This document shows, piece by piece, positions 39,164 through 48,412 of a stretch of 64,000 bases of DNA. The stretch is from a virus, in IMG/VR virus record IMGVR_UViG_3300044638_007100. One strand, 5' to 3'. The translations under genes and the position numbers were made by a program. How positions within the stretch are numbered: position 1 is the stretch's first letter; each line of letters opens with the position of its first letter. The notes beneath the pieces are model-generated. The model was not told the DNA's origin. It made no database searches and saw nothing but the letters and a program-made list of their open reading frames with translations.

Positions 39164-39661
39164 TTATGAAATTGGAGTAAGTAATAAACTCATATCAGTA
39201 ACGATTATATCAGTATCAGTTCCTTTATTGCAAATGTAAAGTTCAACATAATCATTTTGACTGTGAGTATGTATATCGGCCAAATAGACAGTATAGAATT
39301 TTCCGTAGCTAGTATTCTTAACTAGAGTAGATGAAGATTTAAGAACTGTACCGATTCCTGATGTTGAGTCGTAATCATAAATTCCAACCTCCACATCATA
39401 ATCAACAAATGGTCCAGAAGGAGGTCTTTCTTGAGTAAAAGTAACTGTTGCCTGAGATAAAAATACTTTGTCAACTGCATCAATATAAGTTAATCTATTA
39501 TCAGTTGGAATAAATTTAGAATTGATTGAACCATCAGTGGTTGTGATTCCAGCAATTTTTGTCCAGGAATTGACAGAAGTAAATGAAGTTACTTCTGAAC
39601 TATCTTTCATATAAAATTGACCGTATGATATTTCTGTGCTTATAGACATATTTCTTACCAA
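39164..39661 (-). CDS. Stand-alone copy of the C-terminal domain of the 37475-39133 protein
   Basis: GQFYMK...WTKIAGITTTDGSINSKF...FLSQATVTFTQ...SGPF.D.DVEVGIYDY is shared. Confidence 0.7.
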   Translation of the reverse strand: MVRNMSISTEISYGQFYMKDSSEVTSFTSVNSWTKIAGITTTDGSINSKFIPTDNRLTYIDAVDKVFLSQATVTFTQERPPSGPFVDYDVEVGIYDYDSTSGIGTVLKSSSTLVKNTSYGKFYTVYLADIHTHSQNDYVELYICNKGTDTDIIVTDMSLLLTPIS

Positions 39662-40587
39662 TAATTAATTATTACTAGTCCTGGACCACCATTACCTCCA
39701 GGACCACCACCACCAGTGGTTCCTCCAGCACCTCCACCACCGCCACCAGAACCAAATCCACCATCTCCACCACGAAAACCCTGGAGCGTAGTGCTATTAA
39801 CAGAAGCACCACCAGAACCACCACTAGAAAGTAAAGGTGTCTGAAGTTGTACTCCTGGATTTCCAGTACCAATACCAGCAGGTGCGCCACCCGCTATGGT
39901 TGCAAATAGTTGTGCTCCTGGAGTAGTTATGGCACCTCCAGACTGGTTGGACCCACCACCGCCACCGGCACCACCAGAAAGTAAAGCACCCGTTGCCGGA
40001 AAAGAGGCATTACCACCGGGACCACCTGCAACAGCACCACCGGCAGCACCAACACCACCAGCAAGAGCAACAAACTGACCATATCCACCAATTAGAGTGT
40101 TTGCCTGTGTCGCAGCAACAGCAGCAGCACCAGCACCACCCACAGCAGCAGCAGTAGGAGCAGTGGCGGCAGTAGCACTCGCAAGTGCAAAACAAACAGT
40201 ATAAGCAGGAACAAGATTAGTAATATAAGGAATTATAGAAACATAAGAACCAATTCCTAAACCACCAGGGTTACCAACCGTAGTAGAAGATGCACCACCT
40301 GTTCCACCTCTCCCGGCAGAAACATATAAAATGTCCGGCAAAAACACGGCAGGAATAGTTACTAAAGTGACTCCACCAGAACCTCCTCCTCCACCACCAC
40401 CACGGTTGCCTGTTGCAGGAAATCCACTTGCACCTCCACTTCCACCTCCAATGGCGGTGATTCTCACCATTGTAATTCCTCTAGGTTTTTCCCAAGTTTC
40501 CCATACTTGTCCTATAATATTAGACTTACCAAAGAAATAATCGGTATTTCCTGATACTGGTTTTGGAAGATGTAAAAGGTCAAGCAT
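39655..40587 (-). CDS. Glycine-rich tail-fibre-associated protein
   Basis: WEKPRG..MV.I..IGGG.GG start and GG.GG.G...II.YW end typical of phage Gly-rich domains. Confidence 0.7.
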   Translation of the reverse strand: MLDLLHLPKPVSGNTDYFFGKSNIIGQVWETWEKPRGITMVRITAIGGGSGGASGFPATGNRGGGGGGGSGGVTLVTIPAVFLPDILYVSAGRGGTGGASSTTVGNPGGLGIGSYVSIIPYITNLVPAYTVCFALASATAATAPTAAAVGGAGAAAVAATQANTLIGGYGQFVALAGGVGAAGGAVAGGPGGNASFPATGALLSGGAGGGGGSNQSGGAITTPGAQLFATIAGGAPAGIGTGNPGVQLQTPLLSSGGSGGASVNSTTLQGFRGGDGGFGSGGGGGGAGGTTGGGGPGGNGGPGLVIINYW

Positions 40588-40590
40588 AAA

Positions 40591-41052
40591 TCAATAATCT
40601 CCACCAAATGTTGTTGCAAACCAAGCACCGTTTGCAGTTGCGGCAATTGTTTGACCTACAAGAAGATAGGTGTTTGCGGGCATAGCAAAGTTTAATGGAA
40701 CTTCAATTGGATATGCAGAAGTCGTGTTAGTAATTGTCTGTGCCGGTGCCGCAATATCAGCAATTAATGATGCTTGTGAAGTTGTTGGTGTTCCCGTATT
40801 TACTGTTGAGAAATAAATTTTAAAAACCGTTGCTGCTGAGTTAATTCCGCTAGTTGTTGAAGAAAATTGAAATCTCATTTTTTGCACATAAGAACCATTT
40901 GCTCCTGAAGTAAATGCAACATACATATTGGTTCCAATTGAAGCAGTACCACCAGAAGTATGAACATTGGTGGAAGATTGTGGAATTTGAATTAAATTAA
41001 TCTCAGGTGCTCCTGAAAAAATTGGTGCTGTATTTAAATTAGTTAATGGCAT
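40591..41052 (-). CDS. Tail-associated hypothetical protein
   Basis: Intact Thr/Ser-rich ORF ending GGDY; coupled to the Gly-rich gene. Confidence 0.5.
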   Translation of the reverse strand: MPLTNLNTAPIFSGAPEINLIQIPQSSTNVHTSGGTASIGTNMYVAFTSGANGSYVQKMRFQFSSTTSGINSAATVFKIYFSTVNTGTPTTSQASLIADIAAPAQTITNTTSAYPIEVPLNFAMPANTYLLVGQTIAATANGAWFATTFGGDY

Positions 41053-41083
41053 TTATTTAATCCTCCTTTATATTATATGTATC

Positions 41084-43426
41084 TTATGGCATTGCCATTC
41101 TATAAGAATATGCTAACATAGATCCAGATAATTTATTAATTGGGTTTCCATCCAAATATCCAGATGTTGTTATTCCAGTAATTCTAGAATCACCAAAAAC
41201 AGTAAGATTTGATGTGGCAGTTACAGTATTTATACCAACCCTTCCGGTAGTATCAACTATAAATGGAGTGGTTCCTCCTGCCTGATCATCAACTCTCAGA
41301 GCATTTCCAGTTCCGTCCTGAGTGATTCTTACTAAATCATTATTAGTGGTTCCAGAGAACAAACCAACAAAATCAGTAACACTCACAGATTTAACTGTGA
41401 GTATTGCAGTTGGATTTGTGGTTCCTATACCAACATTAGATAGGGTATGAATTCCAGCAGATGTTGTAATCCATTGAGATGATCCTCCTCCACCTGAAGC
41501 AGTAACAGTTACAACACCGGAAGAAACTGGAGATACTGTTAAATTAGTACCAAAATCAATTGTTGTAGCAGTTCCAACTAAAACTCCATCATCCCTGATA
41601 ATAATACCAGAACCAGATGCAACAATACCAGTTAATTGAGAACCATCACCCCTGAAGGAATTGGCAGTAATAATACCAGATATTAGTGCATCACCAATGA
41701 CTGATAATTTAGAAGTTGGATTTGTAGTTCCAATACCAATATTATAAGAACTATTACCATTGATCCAAGTAGTAGAACCAGAACCAATAACTAGTTGATT
41801 AGATCCAGAAACAATTGGAGTATTTCGATTAAATCCAATAACTATATTTTGCGATCCAGTGATGTTGCCAGATCCGGCAGAAGGACCTAAAAATATATTA
41901 CAAGATCCAGTAGTGTTGTAACGTCCTGCGTAGTTACCAAAGAATGTATTATCATTTCCAGATGTATTCGAACGACCAACACCAGGTCCAAAAAAGTTAT
42001 TAAAGTTTCCAGTATTAAGACATCCAGAATATGAACCAAAGAAATTATTATTGGATGCACCAGCATTGCATAATCCACTATAGAAACCAAAGAAGTTATT
42101 ATTGATTCCAGTAGTGTTGTAACGTCCTGCATTATCACCAAAGAAGTTATTAAAAGATCCAGTGGTGTTACAACGTCCTGCAGAACTTCCGAAGAATATA
42201 TTATTACCTCCAGTGGTGTTAGCAAGTCCTGCATTAGGTCCAAAGAAGTTGTTATTAATTCCAGTGGTGTTACAACGTCCAGCATACTGCCCTATAAAGG
42301 TGTTATTGGAACCAGTGGTGTTGAAGTATCCTGCAAAAGGTCCAAAGAAATTATTATTATTTCCAGTAGTATTTTTATAACCACCATAAAAACCAAAGAA
42401 GTTGTTATAACAACCAGAAGTATTAGAATATCCTGCACCACGACCAATAAAGTTATTGTTGTTTCCTGTTGTATTGGAAAATCCTGCAGCACGTCCAAAG
42501 AAGTTATTGAAGCTTCCTGTGGTGTTAGAACTTCCGGCACCAACACCAGCAAAGAAATTATTAGTTCCCGAAGTAATAGAACAACCAGTAGTACTATCAC
42601 CAATTCTTATATTACTAGTTCCAAATCCTAATACTCCATTGATTTGAAGTCTTGTTGTTGGATTTGTGGTTCCAATTCCAACATTATCACTATCATTAAT
42701 AATAAATCTTGGAGTCGCAGTAGAACTATCAAATACTGTTGTTCCAACAGGAGCAGTTGTTGTAGATGTTGGATTTTTTATAACAATTGCTTGAAGACTA
42801 TCCGAAATATTATAGACTAACTTGGTGAATTGAGATGCCTGATGTTGTGCCCAGATTTCTACTGTGCTATTTGTAGAAATTCCAAGTATTCTTACATCAC
42901 TTCTAACTGTACCATAAGAAATATACTCAAAATTAAATGATGCTCTATTTGAAAAATATATTTGAAACGGAGTTTGATTAGTACTTGTCCAGGCACCCAA
43001 AACACCAGAGATTGACAAATGATCAAATGTATTTCCGCTGCTACCTACAGGAAGAGTTGCTAATCTGTAATATGTTGTACTTGCAGGAGCACTCAATCTC
43101 CAACCATTTCCAAAAACAGAATTAGTAAAATCAGTTGCAATTCCAGTTCCAGGATCTTTAGAAGCAACTAAAACAGAACCAGTTACAATACCACTTACAA
43201 AAGCATCACCAGAAATAGAAAGTTTTGATGATGGATTTGTGCTTCCAATTCCAAGATTTCCACCAATATAAGCACCATTACTTCCAGTAACCTGAAACAC
43301 CTGTAATGGTGTACCAGTAGAAGAACCAGAACCTACCAATAAAGGGCCAGCAAAAGTTGCTATTCCAATATTACTAATATTTCTACTCTGATCAACAATA
43401 GTGGTATCTGTGACCTTATATGACAT
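41084..43426 (-). CDS. Tail-fibre-like protein with NTTG.NNNFFG repeats
   Basis: About 19 14-aa repeats; GIGTTNP linkers; QWITTSAGIHT module. Confidence 0.75.
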   Translation of the reverse strand: MSYKVTDTTIVDQSRNISNIGIATFAGPLLVGSGSSTGTPLQVFQVTGSNGAYIGGNLGIGSTNPSSKLSISGDAFVSGIVTGSVLVASKDPGTGIATDFTNSVFGNGWRLSAPASTTYYRLATLPVGSSGNTFDHLSISGVLGAWTSTNQTPFQIYFSNRASFNFEYISYGTVRSDVRILGISTNSTVEIWAQHQASQFTKLVYNISDSLQAIVIKNPTSTTTAPVGTTVFDSSTATPRFIINDSDNVGIGTTNPTTRLQINGVLGFGTSNIRIGDSTTGCSITSGTNNFFAGVGAGSSNTTGSFNNFFGRAAGFSNTTGNNNNFIGRGAGYSNTSGCYNNFFGFYGGYKNTTGNNNNFFGPFAGYFNTTGSNNTFIGQYAGRCNTTGINNNFFGPNAGLANTTGGNNIFFGSSAGRCNTTGSFNNFFGDNAGRYNTTGINNNFFGFYSGLCNAGASNNNFFGSYSGCLNTGNFNNFFGPGVGRSNTSGNDNTFFGNYAGRYNTTGSCNIFLGPSAGSGNITGSQNIVIGFNRNTPIVSGSNQLVIGSGSTTWINGNSSYNIGIGTTNPTSKLSVIGDALISGIITANSFRGDGSQLTGIVASGSGIIIRDDGVLVGTATTIDFGTNLTVSPVSSGVVTVTASGGGGSSQWITTSAGIHTLSNVGIGTTNPTAILTVKSVSVTDFVGLFSGTTNNDLVRITQDGTGNALRVDDQAGGTTPFIVDTTGRVGINTVTATSNLTVFGDSRITGITTSGYLDGNPINKLSGSMLAYSYRMAMP

Positions 43427-43468
43427 CTATTCTCACAGAACTTTTATATTATTTAGGACACAGCGTTA

Positions 43469-45568
43469 TTATTTTAATTTATTTTTCAATTCATCAATTT
43501 GTTTCTGTTGTTCTTTCACACATTCAATCAGTAATCCAATCAGTCCGTTATAATTGACTGATTTTGGATTTGTATCACTGACCAATTCAGGAATAACTTC
43601 TTCAACTTCTTGTGCGATAACACCTAAAGAAGATTTTCCAGTTTCATTCCAAGTAAATGTTACACCATTCAGTTGAAGAATCTTATCAATTGGATTTTCA
43701 ATTACTTGTATATTATCCTTTAAGTTTCTATCGGAACTTGAGTTAAAGTCAGTTGCAGTAACCACACCAACAAATCTAGCATCTCCAATTACATCAATTC
43801 TTGATGTTGGGAGAAGGGATCCAATACCCAAGCAATTAGTTGAAGTGTTATAAACTATTGAAGTTGTATCAATAAATTGAGTTGATGTTGAGGCACTTGC
43901 TCCAGATGCAAATAAAGGAAATCTAATTTGTGGAGAAACTGTGTCATCCGTAACAGTGATGGTATTTCCACCAATCGCAGATACTGGTTGCCAAGACCAT
44001 CCTCCACTACCATTAGAAGTAAGAACAGAACTTGCGCCACCAACATTATTATTAGCATCATAAATTCCACCACGAACTCTTAGGTTTCCACCAACATCTA
44101 ATAATTGTGTTGGGTTTGTAATTCCAATACCTGTACTGGTAGAAATATATCCACCACCAGTTACTTGAAGTCTTTGTGTTGCTGTTCCCGTAGAAGTTCC
44201 AGATCCAATTAAAACTGGACCGTTAGTGAATGTTGAAATTCCAGTTACAGAAAGATCGTTAAATTGATTAGGGGCAAAGGCAAGTAAAGTTTCTAATGTT
44301 GTTCTTGTTGTAGCATCAACTGTTTGAATACCAGTAATACTAACTAATCCACCTACAGTACCTAAAACTTGAGTCGCACCTACAAAATAAGAAGTTGAAG
44401 TTGTAGCACCAGAAACAAAAGCACTAGTAGCAGTAACAAATCCTAATGTTGTAGTTCCAGTAACATTAAGACTTCCAAGTGTTCCTACAGAAGTCAAGGA
44501 AGAGTTAACAACACCAGAACCAAGTGTATTATTGCTAAGAACATTAGTTCCATTAATCTGATATGTATTACCCGTAATTAGGTTATGAGTTCCAGTAGTA
44601 ACAATACCAGAAACAAAAGCACTAGTAGCAGTAACAAATCCTAATGTTGTAGTTCCAGTAACATTAAGACTTCCAAGTGTTCCAACAGATGTTAGAGAAG
44701 AGTTAACAACACCAGAACCAAGTGTATTATTGCTAAGAACTGAAGTACCGTTGATTTGGTAAGTATTACCTGTAGTAGCATTAAATCCACCACCAGTTGT
44801 GATACCAGAAACATTAATATTTCTTGCTCGTATATCAGTAGCATCTAGATAAGTATCAAAAACAGTAAAACCAGCACCAACAGTTAATCTACTACCATTT
44901 TGAACTGTTGAGGTATTACCAATAGAAACACCATAGTTAAATATCCAAGCATCAGTACCCAATCCAGAATAATGACCCTGCCTAATCCACATAATTTGTT
45001 TATATGTGGATGGACTGTTATTTACACCATCAATCGGGATTGTAAGGATTGGTGTTCCTACAGTTGATGCAATAGAAATACCACCGTGATTTGCTGTTAT
45101 GTCTGTAGAAATATCATTATTATTTGCATCAGTTGTAACGCCAAGTGTGATGTCACGGTCATTAATTTGCAGTTGTTGTGCATTTAACTGTGTTGTTGTG
45201 CCACCAATTGTAACATTTCCAGAAACATTAAGATTTCCAGAAACTGTTAATCCACTTGATTGAGTAACAACACTTGCTGGCGCAGTTCCAGTTAAATTAT
45301 TAGCAATTTGGTAAAATGAACCAGGTTGACTATTTAAGAATTGAACATTTAAATTATTTACTAATGTTGAAGAAGCAACAGAAATTGGAGCAGTTCCGGA
45401 AGCAACATTAGAAGAAAATTGACTTGCGGTTATAATTCCAGTTGCTAAAGTATTACCTATAACATGCAATACTGATGTTGGGTTTGTAGTACCAACTCCA
45501 ACAGCAGCAGCATTAATAATATTTCTAGAATCATCAATAATTGTACTGTTTAGAATTCTAAATGCCAT
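43469..45568 (-). CDS. Tail fibre with C-terminal S74 intramolecular chaperone
   Basis: SSDRNLKDNI...NGVTFTW...GVIAQEVE.V.PELV...VNYNGLIGLLIE.VKE. Confidence 0.85.
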   Translation of the reverse strand: MAFRILNSTIIDDSRNIINAAAVGVGTTNPTSVLHVIGNTLATGIITASQFSSNVASGTAPISVASSTLVNNLNVQFLNSQPGSFYQIANNLTGTAPASVVTQSSGLTVSGNLNVSGNVTIGGTTTQLNAQQLQINDRDITLGVTTDANNNDISTDITANHGGISIASTVGTPILTIPIDGVNNSPSTYKQIMWIRQGHYSGLGTDAWIFNYGVSIGNTSTVQNGSRLTVGAGFTVFDTYLDATDIRARNINVSGITTGGGFNATTGNTYQINGTSVLSNNTLGSGVVNSSLTSVGTLGSLNVTGTTTLGFVTATSAFVSGIVTTGTHNLITGNTYQINGTNVLSNNTLGSGVVNSSLTSVGTLGSLNVTGTTTLGFVTATSAFVSGATTSTSYFVGATQVLGTVGGLVSITGIQTVDATTRTTLETLLAFAPNQFNDLSVTGISTFTNGPVLIGSGTSTGTATQRLQVTGGGYISTSTGIGITNPTQLLDVGGNLRVRGGIYDANNNVGGASSVLTSNGSGGWSWQPVSAIGGNTITVTDDTVSPQIRFPLFASGASASTSTQFIDTTSIVYNTSTNCLGIGSLLPTSRIDVIGDARFVGVVTATDFNSSSDRNLKDNIQVIENPIDKILQLNGVTFTWNETGKSSLGVIAQEVEEVIPELVSDTNPKSVNYNGLIGLLIECVKEQQKQIDELKNKLK
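44408..44770 (-). repeat. 198-bp (66-aa) internal tandem duplication
   Basis: accagaaacaaaagcactagtagc... recurs at 44408 and 44606. Confidence 0.85.
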
Positions 45569-45616
45569 CTATCCTACCTTACAGTAATTTGTTCTTTTTT
45601 TTATTTATGTTTACTA

Positions 45617-47644
45617 TTACTTTAATTTAGACTTCAAATATTCAACTTCACTCTTTAGTTCCTTTATCGATTCAACTAAAACTCCAATCAAACCATTATA
45701 ATTTACAGTTTTATATTCACCAGAGTTAATTACCAAATCTGGAAACACTTTTTCCAGATCTTGAGCAATGATACCACCAGAAGTTGAATTTGTTGTTTTC
45801 CACTCAAATGTTACACCATTAATATCATCAATTTTTTCTAGAGTATTTTCAAATTTCCTGATATTCTTCTTAAGTCTAATATCAGAAGACGAATTAATAT
45901 CAGTAGCAGTTATGACTCCAACAATATTAACATCACCAACAACGGTTAATATAGATGTTGGATTTGTGGTTCCAATACCGACATTAGAAGTTGTATGAAT
46001 TCCAGCGGATGTTGTGATCCACTGAGATATTCCACCACCACTCCCTCCACCCGGAACATAAGGTGTTCCAATAAACTTACCAGAAGAGGAACTATATTGA
46101 ATAACATATCCATCTTGCTTTACACTATTTCTATCAACATCGTCTAAAAACTCAAAACGAGTTTCACCGCCTCCACCAATCGTAGCAAGTTGTTGTTGGA
46201 TACGATTAATGAATAATCTATAATGTTCTTGAAGTTGTTCTAGAGTAACAAAATTTTTATTTAATGGAGTAAGTATATCTTTATTTTTTACTGATGGTGG
46301 TTCAGTAAGAAGATTTTCTGTGAGAATTTTTTCCTCATTAAATTTATCAAAAATTTCCTCAAGATATTTTATTTTTTTCCCTAATTCATAATTTTGTTCT
46401 TCAATTTCTTCAAAATTTAATTTGTCAATTGCTGAACGAACATTTTCTTGTATCTGCTCAAGATTTTCATTCTGAACCTTAATATGAGATTGATTTCTTA
46501 TAATATCAATCTCTAAATCAGAAACTTTTTTAGAAATTTCATTGTTATAATTTTCTGAAATTTCTAGACCTTCAAATACAACTTTCTCAAGATTTTTTAA
46601 TTCTTCAATCTTATCGGTTACAATTTCAATTAAATTAGTCTTATCTCCTTCAACTAGATTAATTTTTTCTAATATACTATTAACAGTTTTATCAAGTTGT
46701 TCTTGAAATTGATTTAATTTATTTTCAGTCTTTCTTTCAGTTTCTACAATAAATCCCTTATACTTTGGAATTTCATTTTGTTTGAGATGTTCAAAATCAT
46801 TAAGAATGTCATTAATACCATTAACAGTTTCTTCATTAGCATTTTGAATGGTTTTGGAAAAACTATCAAGTTTATTATTAGTTTGCTCACTAATTTCATT
46901 AACAGTTTTATCAAGTTGTTCTTGAAATTGATTTAATTTATTTTCAGTCTTTCTTTCAGTTTCTACAATAAATCCCTTATACTTTGGAATTTCAGTTTCC
47001 TTAAGTAAAATAATTGCATCATCTAATTGCTTAAAATCTTCAAGAATACTACTAAGACTTTCTTCATTAATACCCTGAAGTGTTCTAGTTAACTCATCAT
47101 ATTTTTTATCTACAAACTCACCAATACCTTCGAGAGTTTGATTTACATTCGTTTCTAATTCACCATAACGATTATTAGTACGAAGTTCAGAATCAATGAT
47201 TAATTTTTTATATCTTGGAACATCATTTTCAAGAAATTCATTTACAGACTTAGTAAGTCCAGAAACATCTAAACGAATTTCGGTAAGATTCTTTTGATTT
47301 ATTCCATCTACTTTTTTTTGAATATCAGAAATACTGTGCTCAACCACAAGTAGTTGAGACATCATCGCACGATCTAAATCTTCTTTTTTAAGAAGATTTT
47401 TAATATCTGTCTGTATATCTTCTACCTTTTCTGAAAGATAATTAACTCTTTCTACATTGACTCTATAACTATCAAGAGTTTCACTAAAATCAGAGAGAAC
47501 CTCAATTTTGCTTAGATTATTCTTAAATGATTCAAAAGCATCAGAAAATGTATTCAGTTCTGGTGCATGAACCAACTCTTGAACTGAATTATTGACTGAA
47601 GAAATTTCTTTTTTAAAATATTCTGATGGTTTCTTAAGAGGCAC
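45617..47644 (-). CDS. Coiled-coil fibre protein with C-terminal S74 chaperone
   Basis: Long heptad region; ATIGGGGE module; SSDIRLKKNI...GIIAQDLE...VNYNGLIGVL. Confidence 0.75.
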   Translation of the reverse strand: MPLKKPSEYFKKEISSVNNSVQELVHAPELNTFSDAFESFKNNLSKIEVLSDFSETLDSYRVNVERVNYLSEKVEDIQTDIKNLLKKEDLDRAMMSQLLVVEHSISDIQKKVDGINQKNLTEIRLDVSGLTKSVNEFLENDVPRYKKLIIDSELRTNNRYGELETNVNQTLEGIGEFVDKKYDELTRTLQGINEESLSSILEDFKQLDDAIILLKETEIPKYKGFIVETERKTENKLNQFQEQLDKTVNEISEQTNNKLDSFSKTIQNANEETVNGINDILNDFEHLKQNEIPKYKGFIVETERKTENKLNQFQEQLDKTVNSILEKINLVEGDKTNLIEIVTDKIEELKNLEKVVFEGLEISENYNNEISKKVSDLEIDIIRNQSHIKVQNENLEQIQENVRSAIDKLNFEEIEEQNYELGKKIKYLEEIFDKFNEEKILTENLLTEPPSVKNKDILTPLNKNFVTLEQLQEHYRLFINRIQQQLATIGGGGETRFEFLDDVDRNSVKQDGYVIQYSSSSGKFIGTPYVPGGGSGGGISQWITTSAGIHTTSNVGIGTTNPTSILTVVGDVNIVGVITATDINSSSDIRLKKNIRKFENTLEKIDDINGVTFEWKTTNSTSGGIIAQDLEKVFPDLVINSGEYKTVNYNGLIGVLVESIKELKSEVEYLKSKLK
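46679..46994. repeat. 97-bp identical direct repeat (46679-46775 = 46898-46994)
   Basis: EIPKYKGFIVETERKTENKLNQFQEQLDKTVN twice; offset 219 bp. Confidence 0.9.
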
Positions 47645-47675
47645 TATTTCATCATTCTTCTTATAGTAATATTTA

Positions 47676-47840
47676 TTATACTCTATATTCTTCTATTTTG
47701 TCCAATACTTTATTGAGATATTGATGCGCTAACCACTTTGGATCATATCCAGTCTTATTCATCCATTCATTATCCAAATCCTTTTTTAACTTAAGAACTT
47801 CGCATTTGATAATATCTTTGGTCAGTTGTCCTCTTGGCAT
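47676..47840 (-). CDS. Small conserved cyanophage protein (54 aa)
   Basis: Read by hand: MPRGQLTKDIIKCEVLKLKKDL...AHQYLNKVLDKIEEYRV. Confidence 0.6.
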   Translation of the reverse strand: MPRGQLTKDIIKCEVLKLKKDLDNEWMNKTGYDPKWLAHQYLNKVLDKIEEYRV

Positions 47841-47843
47841 AAT

Positions 47844-47879
47844 AAAAAAAAACTCTACCCCTTATTTAGAGGTAGAGTT
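47844..47879 (-). terminator. Intrinsic terminator after the hli cluster
   Basis: 9-bp stem AACTCTACC/GGTAGAGTT followed by a long T-run. Confidence 0.8.
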
Positions 47880-47903
47880 AAGTATTATAAATTGTTAGTG
47901 TCT

Positions 47904-48023
47904 TCAGAAAAGACCAGGAATTACTTGCCCAGTGGTGAAGTAAGTACCAACTGCAATTACGAATCCAAGCATCGCAAGTCTTCCGTTCCAACGCTCAGCA
48001 GTTTCAGTGAAAATTTTGTCCAT
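47904..48023 (-). CDS. hli: High-light-inducible protein (39 aa)
   Basis: Read by hand: MDKIFTETAERWNGRLAMLGFVIAVGTYFTTGQVIPGLF; ExxNGRxAMxG motif; GAGG RBS; missed by the ORF track. Confidence 0.92.
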   Translation of the reverse strand: MDKIFTETAERWNGRLAMLGFVIAVGTYFTTGQVIPGLF

Positions 48024-48033
48024 TTGTTTTACC

Positions 48034-48120
48034 TCAGTAAGTTTCAGAAAGTTTTTCTACAGCATAACTCAGGAGAACCAAAAATGCAACTCCTGTGATT
48101 GTAAAGATTACTTCAGTCAT
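48034..48120 (-). CDS. 28-aa single-helix membrane peptide between the hli genes
   Basis: MTEVIFTITGVAFLVLLSYAVEKLSETY; TGATG coupling to the upstream hli. Confidence 0.55.
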   Translation of the reverse strand: MTEVIFTITGVAFLVLLSYAVEKLSETY

Positions 48121-48314
48121 CAGAAGATCCCGAAGAAGAAGTTGCCAGTGATAGAATAAGAAATAATACCAGCAACAAAACCGACCATTGCCCAGCGTCC
48201 ATTAGTACGCTCCTTAACTTGATTTGGAGTCAGCATTCCGTAATTCTCATAATACATTACGGGTTCTTTGGCAAACATGTTTTGTTGCCCATATTCATTA
48301 GTTGTTACAGTCAT
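48120..48314 (-). CDS. hli: High-light-inducible protein (64 aa)
   Basis: MTVTTNEYGQQNMFAKEP...ERTNGRWAMVGF. Confidence 0.9.
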   Translation of the reverse strand: MTVTTNEYGQQNMFAKEPVMYYENYGMLTPNQVKERTNGRWAMVGFVAGIISYSITGNFFFGIF

Positions 48315-48341
48315 TGTACATTCGTTAAGAATTGTTACACA

Positions 48342-48379
48342 AGTATATAGCAGAAAGGAGGGGGTGTCAAGCCCCTCCT
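48342..48379 (-). promoter_or_regulatory. Sigma70 promoter of the hli cluster, -35 box inside a hairpin loop
   Basis: TTGACA(48370-65), 17 bp, TATACT(48347-42); 8-bp stem AGGAGGGG/CCCCTCCT around the -35. Confidence 0.8.
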
Positions 48380-48412
48380 GTTACGGTTTTCTCACACAAT
48401 AAGTACAATTGC

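Noticed and set aside
20807-39661. Diversity-generating retroelement behind the duplicated segments
   Set aside because: No reverse transcriptase in the window; the repeats are either identical or broadly diverged, without adenine-specific differences, and both copies are coding.
47826-48098. Plus-strand 90-aa ORF from the ORF track
   Set aside because: The minus strand here encodes a clear hli gene, a coupled peptide and a terminator.
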